Assembly: GCA_963788145.1 (NCBI GenBank)
Contig: CAWBFQ010000003.1
Coordinates: 219,716 to 283,715 of the forward strand
Direction: 5' to 3'
Source: an uncultured Chloroflexia bacterium
GTDB taxonomy: Bacteria; Chloroflexota; Anaerolineae; Anaerolineales; UBA4823
DNA length: 64,000 nt
A program made the translations under genes and the position numbers. Of the stretch, positions 1 to 8,267 are shown in pieces. Each line of letters begins with the position of its first letter. Within the stretch, counting starts at the first letter, position 1. The notes under the pieces were generated by a model that worked only from the letters and a program-made list of their open reading frames with translations, was not told the DNA's origin and ran no database searches.

Positions 1-1118
1 TCCACGTCAATCGCGTTTCGGATCGCCTGTCGTACCCGCACATCGGAGAAAAGCGGATGTGGGCTGGCTTGTGGATCGGTTGTGCCTTTGGCGGCTTGAT
101 TGGGGAACAGACGCATTACCCAGCGATTATATGGACTGATACTGATCGAGATGTTCGCCTGGTCTTTTAAATCATTCACGACCGGTTCGGTAGCCCACAT
201 AATCAAGTCGCCATCCCCCTGGATCATCATCTGTTTGCGTACCGATTCTTCGGGAATGATGCGCACAATGATCTGATCAATAGCAGGTTTCCCAGGCTCG
301 AAATAGTTAGGATTGCGCTCAAAAGTCATGTGATCGCCAACGATCCATTCTTTCAACTGGAAAGGTCCACTGCTCAACGGTTGGCGGGCGCAATCCCAGG
401 CCACAAAACCTTGATCGGCATCGCAATAATGGGCTGGCCAAACGACCAGTTGCTCTCCTCCGAGCTGGATCAAGTAACCGGGATAGACGGTGTTGTAGTG
501 GAACACGAATGAGTGATCATCAATTTTCTCAACGCCATCGACATAATCGCTTCCACGCACCCAGATGCCTGTTTCTGGGTTCATGATAGCTTCCCAGGTG
601 AAGACTACATCGTCTGCGCTTACCGGCGTGCCATCCGACCATTGGATATCCTGCCTCAACTTCCAGGTCACATCCATCGTTCCAGCATCCTCGTCCAGCA
701 CCACCCCGCCATTTTCCAGGGTGGGCAGCTCAGCAGCCAATTCCGGCAAGATATACCCCTCCGGGTCAACGCTGGTAAGACCAAGCATGACCAGATTCAT
801 CACCAATCCGTCATAGCCGGTATCGCCGACTACGGCATTGAAGGAGGGCGGATCTTCCGGGATTAAGATTGTGATGCTGGATGGTTGATCTGAGACTGTA
901 GGTTCACTGGGTTCGACGCTCACAAGCTCAGTTTGCGCGGGTGCTGCTTCGGTACCGGCTGCTTCTGTGGGTGCTACTTCACTAGAAGCAGGCTGTTCTA
1001 CCGCGTTCGTCGCGAGCGGGTTTGTTGGAACAGGTGCGGCGCAGCCAGAAAAAACCAGGATTAAACTGGCTGAAATGATTACCCGATAGAAATTCTCAAA
1101 TCGAACTCTCTGGCGCAT
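1..1118 (-). CDS. ABC transporter substrate-binding lipoprotein, family 5 (peptide/nickel type). The 3' end lies outside the window.
   Basis: Not in the ORF track because it runs off the left edge. My minus-strand translation from ATG 1118 gives MRQRVRFENFYRVIISASLILVFSGCAAP (lipobox LVFSGC), then ITILIPEDPPSFNAVVGDTGYDGLVMNLVMLGLTSVDPEG...WSDGTPVSADDVVFTWEAIMNPE...NPNYFEPGKPAIDQIIVRIIPEE. GGAGG at 1125-1129 sits 6 nt upstream of the start. Confidence 0.75.
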   Translation of the reverse strand, partial: MRQRVRFENFYRVIISASLILVFSGCAAPVPTNPLATNAVEQPASSEVAPTEAAGTEAAPAQTELVSVEPSEPTVSDQPSSITILIPEDPPSFNAVVGDTGYDGLVMNLVMLGLTSVDPEGYILPELAAELPTLENGGVVLDEDAGTMDVTWKLRQDIQWSDGTPVSADDVVFTWEAIMNPETGIWVRGSDYVDGVEKIDDHSFVFHYNTVYPGYLIQLGGEQLVVWPAHYCDADQGFVAWDCARQPLSSGPFQLKEWIVGDHMTFERNPNYFEPGKPAIDQIIVRIIPEESVRKQMMIQGDGDLIMWATEPVVNDLKDQANISISISPYNRWVMRLFPNQAAKGTTDPQASPHPLFSDVRVRQAIRNAIDV

Positions 1119-1311
1119 TTGTTTCCTCCATTAGTTAGTTTGTAAATTCCTCCCCCGGCTACGCTTTTTATCCGCTCTTAGATTTGATCGCTGTCAGGAT
1201 TAATAAACACACGTTCCTGATTCATTCGAAATACAGGAACGTTTGAATATCGATCATATTCTGGAAGCCCGTCTCCTTGGTTGGGTGAGCGAAACGATCA
1301 TATCTGAGAAT

Positions 1312-1340
1312 ATATTACATGAATTCGGTGCGAGTGTCAA
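1312..1340 (-). promoter_or_regulatory. Sigma-70-type promoter candidate for the ABC substrate-binding protein gene
   Basis: Minus strand reads TTGACA (1340-1335), a 17-nt spacer, then TAATAT (1317-1312). This predicts a leader of about 185 nt. Confidence 0.45.
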
Positions 1341-1353
1341 TGAATTACGGTTG

Positions 1354-1389
1354 AAAAAAAGTCTCTTCAATACAACGCAGTATTGAAGA
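1354..1389 (-). terminator. Intrinsic-terminator-like hairpin on the minus strand with no obvious upstream gene
   Basis: Perfect 10-bp stem (1364-1373 with 1380-1389) and a 6-nt loop. On the minus strand it is followed by GAC and then T7 (A7 at 1354-1360 on the plus strand). Confidence 0.35.
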
Positions 1390-1443
1390 TGTCCGAATTG
1401 AAAAGAGAATTTACTTTATAATTTGGATTGGAGGGCAGCCCAG

Positions 1444-2256
1444 ATGAAAAATCAAATTCCTTTTCAGAAAAATGATCATTATTTGATCAACCTGACCATT
1501 GTAGTGTGGTTGTTGGTCTTTCCATCTCTTGCCTGTCGAGTTGCCGAGAATGGTTTTGGGATATTCCCTGAAACAAAAGAGATCGGAGGTGATCCTTTGG
1601 GTGCGTTAGACGAAGATATTTTGTCTCGATTGACTCTCTCGATATCGCCAGGTGGGCAGGCCAAACCCGGAGAAACCATCGAAATCCGGGTTGGAACGAA
1701 CGAATGCTGCTACGTATTTCAACCGGTTGAAGCGGATGTGCGCTGGTTGGTTGAGCCTGCGAATGGCGCTGCGATCGATCCAGAAACAGGTGTCTTGACT
1801 ATTGCCCAGGATGTAAAGAGCGGGGTGCGTTTCACGGTTACGGCGGATGTGGAAAATGGACGCAAACAGATCAATGCTCCGCTGACGATTTATCGTTTGG
1901 AAGATAACCCTTTGATCGGAACCTGGCACGAACTCGAGGCGATCCCTTGCGCAAGTGCATCGATGCCTGAGACAGAGGATCCTATCCGCGAGCTGGTTTT
2001 CAAAGCCGACGGCTCTTTTCTGGCCACGTTTACTCCTTTCGAGGTTTATCACGATTACTGGGGGATTTATCAGATCGATCTGGTCAACCACACTTTATCC
2101 ATGACCGTGACGGATGGAAATGTCATCCCGGCTAGTTTGGATCTGGACGGCTTTTTCGAGATCGACGAAGAAGGTGTGCTGGTTTTGAAGGAAATGTGGC
2201 TCGGCAGGCGTGAGGCGACAGACGCGCAGGGCTGCGGTCACCGTTTCCGACGTTGA
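1444..2256 (+). CDS. Hypothetical secreted or membrane-anchored protein
   Basis: ORF track 1423..2256. I prefer ATG 1444, which has GGAGGG 8 nt upstream and TATAAT at 1417-1422. The N-terminal hydrophobic segment is LINLTIVVWLLVFPSLA. I recognise no family. Confidence 0.6.
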   Translation: MKNQIPFQKNDHYLINLTIVVWLLVFPSLACRVAENGFGIFPETKEIGGDPLGALDEDILSRLTLSISPGGQAKPGETIEIRVGTNECCYVFQPVEADVRWLVEPANGAAIDPETGVLTIAQDVKSGVRFTVTADVENGRKQINAPLTIYRLEDNPLIGTWHELEAIPCASASMPETEDPIRELVFKADGSFLATFTPFEVYHDYWGIYQIDLVNHTLSMTVTDGNVIPASLDLDGFFEIDEEGVLVLKEMWLGRREATDAQGCGHRFRR

Positions 2257-2435
2257 GGCGTTCACCCTGTTGAGGCTGTCCAAAAAGAGGGGCGAAGCGT
2301 GTCATAGAGCCACAAATTATTCAAGGATCACTGCTTCGCCCTTACATTTGGCGGATCACCATCAGGATATCGTTCTTATCGAGCAACCCCTGTGACGGTG
2401 AGAGGGAATCGCTTTCCATTCCAAGACCCCTCGCG

Positions 2436-2900
2436 TTACTGTTGTACGATGGGGAAGACGATTTGGGTTTTTAATTCTTCCATTGAGACTTCATCCGGGC
2501 TGTTGAAATAGAATTCGTATGAAACGCCAGTGGGCTGCAGGCCGCGCTCCTGAACAAACGCGGTCAAGGCTTCATAGGCTGGGACCATTTGGTCGTAAGG
2601 CCCGAGATGGATGCACGAGGCGTATTGGCCTTTGGGCATCTCGCCCGACTGGATATTTCCCTGACCTGGTAGCGGATGAGCGACGGGAAACCCGATTTCG
2701 ATATCCAGATTGGCCATATCCAAATTGAAATAAGCGACAAACGGAATGCCGCCGGGCGCTTCGCCGAGCGATCCCAGGTATTGGGCGATCGCCCCATATG
2801 ATTTGCCGATCAATTGAGGCAGTTTTTCGACCGGGGAATGCGTGCGGATGGACAGCGTAGGCTGGGCTTCTTGCGTATAGATCTCACATTTGTAGCTCAT
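2436..2900 (-). CDS. GyrI-like small-molecule-binding domain protein (AraC effector-binding fold)
   Basis: 154 aa. The size and sequence pattern (...PTLSIRTHSPVEKLPQLIGKSYGAIAQYL...GIPFVAYFNLD...IEIGFPV...YEFYFNSPDEV) fit GyrI-like proteins. Confidence 0.6.
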   Translation of the reverse strand: MSYKCEIYTQEAQPTLSIRTHSPVEKLPQLIGKSYGAIAQYLGSLGEAPGGIPFVAYFNLDMANLDIEIGFPVAHPLPGQGNIQSGEMPKGQYASCIHLGPYDQMVPAYEALTAFVQERGLQPTGVSYEFYFNSPDEVSMEELKTQIVFPIVQQ

Positions 2901-2998
2901 CGGTTACCCTCCAGAGAATGGATTATTTTTGAACTGAAGAGATTTCAAGGTAATTATAGAACATATGTTTCATTTCGTCAAGTTCAATTTTTTAGCGA

Positions 2999-4177
2999 TT
3001 ATTTATCATCACGTTGGCGCGTCTGTAGATTGTACATCTTAGCCAGAGGGTCAACTCTCTTTTCCAACCAAGCCTTCAAGCTCGCCCGATAAAGCGCACG
3101 CTCAAAATAATCGCCGTTTAACGATAATCCATCATACCCTTTACCCAGCAAGATGGACATCAACGGCGATAATTGTTGGGAATAATGGCGCATTGATGCT
3201 TCCGGGTGAATGCCAGGCCAGGAATAGCAGGTGATGGATTTTCTACGATGAGTGGAAGGAATCGATTCAGGCACTGTTTTTTCCCAATTTGGGTCGTTCG
3301 GCTCAAAGACATATTGATCTAGATTCCCCTGTGGGATTCCTTCTACGCCGCGTACAACCGGCGGAGTCGTATCCAATGTATAAGGGTCAACGGATAGGTC
3401 GGTGATAATTGCGTGATCTGGTAGCCAGGCGATCCAATCATTTGGAACGATCGGTTTGGATGGGTTGCGTCTGTAGGATGCGTCCACCAGGATATCAGTT
3501 TGTTCAAATAGCATGCGCATAGTGGTTTCGTTTGAGGTTAAATTGCGCCCAACCGCCCACGCGATTGAACCCGGGAAACCAGTCTTAAGATAATCATTGT
3601 TCATTTCGATATTTCCCAGCTTAGTGGCTGCGTCGACGGCATGTTTTCCGACCATACCGGTCCCCAAAATCAACACGGTGATCGGTTTTTGATCGGGACG
3701 CGTCAGACCCGGGATGCTTTTATCTAATTGGTCAAATGCTGTTTCTAAGCCGTTCCAAGCAACCGCGCGCATATCTTCAACTAAGCGGATGCCGACGTCA
3801 TTCACGATGCTGTCCATGGAGATCGCTTTAATCCCGGATGCGTTGAGTATTTCTACTCGCCTGGGGCGGGTTGGATAATGCAACATCGATAACAGCACTC
3901 CACCACGCTTGATTAATGGATATTCATCGATTTGCGGAGCACGCAGGACCATCACGATATCTTTTGAGAACGCCTCTTCCCGGCTGCATTGTGTCACGTG
4001 CGGGTTCGCTTGATGGTAATCATCAAAAGTGAATCCAGAGCGGGATCCATACCCTTCTTCAATAAACACATGCGCGCCGATTTGGGTTAAGCTCTGAATA
4101 AATTCCGGTAAGTAAACACGCAGCTCTCCGATTTCTTTTCTCATACGGACAAAACCGATGGTACTTTTGATCTTCAT
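2999..4177 (-). CDS. Alanine dehydrogenase/PNT-family NAD(P)-binding protein (carboxyethyl-ornithine-synthase-like), paralogue 1
   Basis: 392 aa. The N-terminal AlaDH/PNT pattern is E.R..LP......G..V..E.GYG..SGF...Y, and the Rossmann motif is ILGTGMVGKHA. It is roughly 40% identical by eye to the next gene. Confidence 0.6.
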   Translation of the reverse strand: MKIKSTIGFVRMRKEIGELRVYLPEFIQSLTQIGAHVFIEEGYGSRSGFTFDDYHQANPHVTQCSREEAFSKDIVMVLRAPQIDEYPLIKRGGVLLSMLHYPTRPRRVEILNASGIKAISMDSIVNDVGIRLVEDMRAVAWNGLETAFDQLDKSIPGLTRPDQKPITVLILGTGMVGKHAVDAATKLGNIEMNNDYLKTGFPGSIAWAVGRNLTSNETTMRMLFEQTDILVDASYRRNPSKPIVPNDWIAWLPDHAIITDLSVDPYTLDTTPPVVRGVEGIPQGNLDQYVFEPNDPNWEKTVPESIPSTHRRKSITCYSWPGIHPEASMRHYSQQLSPLMSILLGKGYDGLSLNGDYFERALYRASLKAWLEKRVDPLAKMYNLQTRQRDDK

Positions 4178-4201
4178 TTTTCACCTCTTATTTAGGAATA
4201 A

Positions 4202-5338
4202 TTATTTTTCGACTCGGGATGGCCAATTGGATAGCATGGACCGCCAGACGGCTCTCTCAAAATATCGCCCACGTGGTTGAATGTTTAGGGTACTCTCTTT
4301 CTCGATCAGTACACGCAAGATAGGTAGAAGCTGATGGCCGTAGACTTCCATACAAGCGCGCGGGTAGACTCCAGGCCAGGAATAGCAAGAGACACTGAAC
4401 CGTCTGTGGGTAGTATCAATACATTTTGGGATGAAATCAAAGGCGGGGTCATCCGGCGCAAAAACGTACTGATCCAGATTTCCTTGCGGGATACCCTCGA
4501 TCCCTTTGACGGATTGGGGAGGTTCTGCGCTATCATATGGATCAACCGATAAGTCAAGCAGTACAGCATGTTTTGGCATGCATGCAATCCAACGATTGGG
4601 GATCACCGGTTGGCTCGGATCTGGCCGTTGGGTAGAATCCACCAGGATATCAGTCTTTTTGAGCAAATCTAACATAATGGGTTCAAACCGGGTAGTATCA
4701 TAATCGACTGCCGTTACCTGGATTCCTGGGAGCTGGCGATGAATCATCTCCTGCCAGAGTTCCATATCCCCATAACGGATCGCGGCCTGCAGCACATGAC
4801 TCCCGACTGCACCAGCGCCCATCAATAATACATGAATGGGGGAACGATGCGGGCTTTCAAATCCGGGAGAAGGATAGATCGTGCGCAGCGTGCGGAATGC
4901 TGTTTCTACTCCATTCCATGCGACTGAGCGCAAGTTTTCGATCAACCTGCGCCCGGTATCGTCTTTCACTGAATCCATCGAGACCGCTTCGATCCCCATA
5001 GCGCGTAAAAAATCCACCCGTTGAGGCCGAGTAGGGTAATGAACCATCGTCACCAGGCATCCCAGCGGTTTCATCTGAGCGATTTCATCGTCCCCTGGAT
5101 ATCGGATGGCTATGACGTAATTCTGCCGGTACACTTCTGCTCTTGGAGCAAAAATCACATCAGGAGCTTGTTTGCGATAATCTTGTTCGCTATACCCCAT
5201 TCCTGAACCATACCCTTGCTCAAGAACGACGCTAGCCCCCAGTTTCTCGAGGCTGCCGATGAAGTTTGGAAGAAATGCGCGCCGCTCACCAGCTTCAGCT
5301 CGGATGATTAACAAACCCATTGAATTCTTATTTTCCAT
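4202..5338 (-). CDS. Alanine dehydrogenase/PNT-family NAD(P)-binding protein, paralogue 2
   Basis: 378 aa with LMGAGAVGSHV. It shares the blocks HYPTRP.RV, SVAWNG.ETAF and GIPQGNLDQYVF...THRR.S..CYSWPG with 2999..4177. GGAGG lies upstream of ATG 5338. Confidence 0.6.
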   Translation of the reverse strand: MENKNSMGLLIIRAEAGERRAFLPNFIGSLEKLGASVVLEQGYGSGMGYSEQDYRKQAPDVIFAPRAEVYRQNYVIAIRYPGDDEIAQMKPLGCLVTMVHYPTRPQRVDFLRAMGIEAVSMDSVKDDTGRRLIENLRSVAWNGVETAFRTLRTIYPSPGFESPHRSPIHVLLMGAGAVGSHVLQAAIRYGDMELWQEMIHRQLPGIQVTAVDYDTTRFEPIMLDLLKKTDILVDSTQRPDPSQPVIPNRWIACMPKHAVLLDLSVDPYDSAEPPQSVKGIEGIPQGNLDQYVFAPDDPAFDFIPKCIDTTHRRFSVSCYSWPGVYPRACMEVYGHQLLPILRVLIEKESTLNIQPRGRYFERAVWRSMLSNWPSRVEK

Positions 5339-5368
5339 ATGTCCTCCATAGTACTATTTATACCAGAA

Positions 5369-5395
5369 ATTTAAAGCTAGCCACCTGACAGTTTG
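5369..5395. repeat. Left target-site duplication (5369-5376, ATTTAAAG) plus left IS inverted repeat (5377-5395, CTAGCCACCTGACAGTTTG)
   Basis: Read directly from the sequence. It pairs with 6554-6580. Confidence 0.9.
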
Positions 5396-6572
5396 ATATC
5401 AGATGTACTTACAAACGGGAATAGAAAGAGAAAGCCCATTGATGAACCGCCTTTCCAGGAAACGCAGACCTATCTGGAAGATACTCAAATCGCGACGATC
5501 TTTGCGATCAACCAGATGACGAAGGCCTGCATGGATCGTCTGTACGCCGACAGACATCAGCCATACATAAAGCAAGGCAACAGCAAGGGTGAGTCTGGAC
5601 AGACGCAGGAAATGGCGCAGCATCGTACTTTCCAGGTCAAAGCCATGTTTTTTCAGATCGCCGAACATTTCTTCGATCCACGCTCGACGAGCGTAAAAGG
5701 ACAGAGTCATATGGATATCCGGCAAGTTTGTAGCCAGACACCAGGGCTGATCTTCACCCGTTTTCCAATGTACCAGAGTGTTGGTAGGATAAATCTCCTT
5801 GATCGTCAGATATCCAGCCTCCAACCACTTGCTGTTTCCAGCTTTTTCCACGAAGCTGCCCAATGGTTTCCACTCGTTGAGCGCATTGATCCAGACACAA
5901 GTATCGGATTTCTGCCGTAGGACATAAAACCAATGCCATTTATCCAACTGTTGCAAGACTTCTACAGCCCCAAATTCACAGTCTCCCACCAGAAAAACAG
6001 CGGCTTTCAGGGGCAACAGCCTGCGCACATACGCCAGCAAGGCCAACTGTTTACTCGCTCCACTATGACCACGGGCCTGTTTGACCCATGTCCAGGCAAT
6101 CGGGATCGCTCGTTTGCGATGAGCCAGCGCAACCATCAGCAATTGATGACCGCCACCGATTTTGGTTCCATCGACGATCAGATGAATTTCGCCCTTATTC
6201 CGAAACTGCGCCTCCAGCCACTGCCGAGCAATCGGTTCGTACCAATCTCGCACTCGGATGGCCGGGTTATCCAACAAACGGCTCAGTCGTCTGGTGGTGC
6301 TGGTCAATTTCGCTGCGCCAGGAACTTTGCCTGCCACTCGGCTCAAACACACCGAACGGCTCAGGTAAATTCCCACCAACAGCCAAACAAAGGTGCGTAT
6401 TTGCGTAATTCGTTGTCCCGGACGCAATTCCATAATTCGATTTTTCCAGGTATCATACAGGTGGTTGATCGGCATTCGTTTACTCCGTCTCGTAAAATGG
6501 TTCGGCAAAACCGATTTTACTGGAGAAACGCTACCGATCAACTATTTCTTTGTCAAACTGTCAGGTAGCTAG
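5377..6572 (-). mobile_element. Intact IS4-family insertion sequence (1196 bp)
   Basis: 19-bp terminal inverted repeats match at 18/19 positions. They flank one DDE transposase ORF and are bracketed by an 8-bp direct repeat, ATTTAAAG. Confidence 0.9.
5399..6475 (-). CDS. IS4-family DDE transposase
   Basis: ORF track 5399..6541. I prefer ATG 6475 (MPINHLY), which has GGAG 7 nt upstream. DDE_Tnp_1-like blocks are LIVDGTKIGG and FLVGDCEFG. The IS4 Y-(2)-R-(3)-E-(6)-K signature is present as YARRAWIEEMFGDLK. Confidence 0.9.
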   Translation of the reverse strand: MPINHLYDTWKNRIMELRPGQRITQIRTFVWLLVGIYLSRSVCLSRVAGKVPGAAKLTSTTRRLSRLLDNPAIRVRDWYEPIARQWLEAQFRNKGEIHLIVDGTKIGGGHQLLMVALAHRKRAIPIAWTWVKQARGHSGASKQLALLAYVRRLLPLKAAVFLVGDCEFGAVEVLQQLDKWHWFYVLRQKSDTCVWINALNEWKPLGSFVEKAGNSKWLEAGYLTIKEIYPTNTLVHWKTGEDQPWCLATNLPDIHMTLSFYARRAWIEEMFGDLKKHGFDLESTMLRHFLRLSRLTLAVALLYVWLMSVGVQTIHAGLRHLVDRKDRRDLSIFQIGLRFLERRFINGLSLSIPVCKYI

Positions 6573-6580
6573 ATTTAAAG
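6554..6580. repeat. Right IS inverted repeat (6554-6572, CAAACTGTCAGGTAGCTAG) plus right target-site duplication (6573-6580, ATTTAAAG)
   Basis: The reverse complement of 6554-6572 matches 5377-5395 at 18/19 positions. The 8-bp flanks are identical. Confidence 0.9.
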
Positions 6581-6592
6581 GAGTAATAAACT

Positions 6593-8216
6593 TTGGATGG
6601 AATTGGAAGGTATAATGTGATAATGACAAAGTTCGGAATGATGACTGGCCGGGGGCTGTTGCTCCTGGCTTTTTTCTTATCATTCGCCCCTGCGGTTAAG
6701 GCGCAGCCGACTGAGGTGTGGGGGACACGCCCGTTATTAAGCTACTTCGCCTTGACCGCCAGCCTGGAAACGCGGCTTTACCAGGGCGCCAGACTTTCGT
6801 CGGAGGAATTTAGTCTAGTTCAGAACATCGCTTGGCAGGAGGCAGAGAGCCTGCGTGCGCTGATCGAATTCCACCCGATCGATCGTCTCCAACCCAACCC
6901 TTTCACTGATCGAGAAGCGGCGCTGGATTGCAGCGATGGGATATAACTACCAGGTGGATGGAATCATTCGATTGACGGATTTACGCTTGAAACAGGCGCT
7001 GCCATTGCCACCATATTCCCGGTTGGTGGCGTGGATCGAGCGGCGCTGGCCCTTGGAGCAGACGCTGCACGGCCAATCATACGTTGCAGAATTGCTGCGG
7101 GGTTCGCAGGCAGTCCGTTCATATGAGATTTTCGCCACACGTTATGAATCAAAAGGTGGCGCCTATACCGTTGCATTACCCGATCAATGCCTGAAGTTTG
7201 CCAACGGTGGTCTGCATACCTGCGATGCCAAAGGCTATCTAGCCGGGGCTGGATATTCGCTTGCAATTTCCTATAAGAAGGGCATTGGCGTCCTGGTAGG
7301 GGAGGCTGGCCCCTGGAATATCGATGATAATTTCTGGTCCACGAGGTCCGATCCCCAACCTCGTCGGATGTTCGCTGATTTGCCGCTTGGGATGCCTGAA
7401 GCCCAGGCAGCTTATTTCAACGGTTATAACGGCGGTTTGGATCAATATGGGCGCAAAGTGAGCGCGCCGTTTGCAATCGATCTGGCTTTTAAAGTGGGGG
7501 ATGATATCGGACTGCCGCCAAAGAAAAACGATTGGATCACGGTCTCTTTTCTCTGGACCGCTGATTGGAATGGCAATCCAAAAAAAACGCCGGACCAGAT
7601 TGGAGGCACCGCTTCCGCGCCAAACTCTACAGCTAATGTGATCGCTATCGTCAAAACAGTTACACCTGGTGTGGATGGCTCAATCACCCATATCGTCCAG
7701 GCCGGAGAAACCCTTTGGACGATTGCCGTTGCTTATCACCTGCTCGTGACTCAAATTCAATATCTAAATAACATGGGCCCAACGATTGTCATCTACGAAG
7801 GTCAAAAGCTCATTATTAATGAGGCGGGGCCTACCTGGACGCCTCTGGCGGGGACGATGGCTGTTCCTCAGCCGCCGGGTAGCGCTTCGCCCCAGCCAAA
7901 AACTACCGGACAGCCGCCGAAATCTGCCATACCGACTGCTACAGTTGCTCCTTCGCCTAAGTCAATGAAACCCCCCTTGGCGACCCAAACCGCACATCCG
8001 GTCGATAAAGGCACTCAGTCTGGATCAGCCTACCCCGGTTCGGCTCCAAACGGCTCTAGCAGTTTGCCTCCGTTTCATTTCTCCGAGACCAGCCTGTTGG
8101 TGGGAGGGTTGATCCTTGCCGGGATAGGCATTCTGCTGTTCGGTCTGGGTTGGTGGTTTGGGCGGCGGAACGAATCGGGAGAGGCCGATTCAGCTGCGGA
8201 AAACGAGCAGTCTTGA
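6593..8216 (+). pseudogene. Secreted LysM-domain protein with a C-terminal membrane anchor, split by one frameshift near 6900-6945
   Basis: 6593..6946 carries the signal peptide (LLLLAFFLSFAPAVKAQ). 6936..8216 carries the body: a LysM motif (HIVQAGETLWTIAVAY...YEGQKLII), a Pro-rich linker and a TM helix (LLVGGLILAGIGILLFGLGWW). The second frame stays open upstream (SLIEKRRWIAAMGYNYQ), so the two pieces join. Confidence 0.6.
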
Positions 8217-8267
8217 ATTGTTAGAGTGACCGCAGGATAGCCAGCGTCGCCTGTTTTCCGCCAGCCC

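Noticed and set aside
2290-2340. Hairpin GGGCGAAGC...GCTTCGCCC between the convergent genes 1444..2256 and 2436..2900, read as a bidirectional terminator
   Set aside because: The loop is about 33 nt, which is long for an intrinsic terminator. Only the minus-strand side has a modest T-run. The call is too weak.
5393-6568. Long plus-strand ORFs opposite the transposase (5393..5920, 5933..6568), and similar antisense ORFs elsewhere (1606..2091, 46636..47262, 50285..50686, 52111..52641, 53647..54360)
   Set aside because: They are shadow ORFs on the strand opposite well-supported genes. They are low-complexity or Arg/Pro/Ser-rich translations with no recognisable motifs or ribosome-binding sites.
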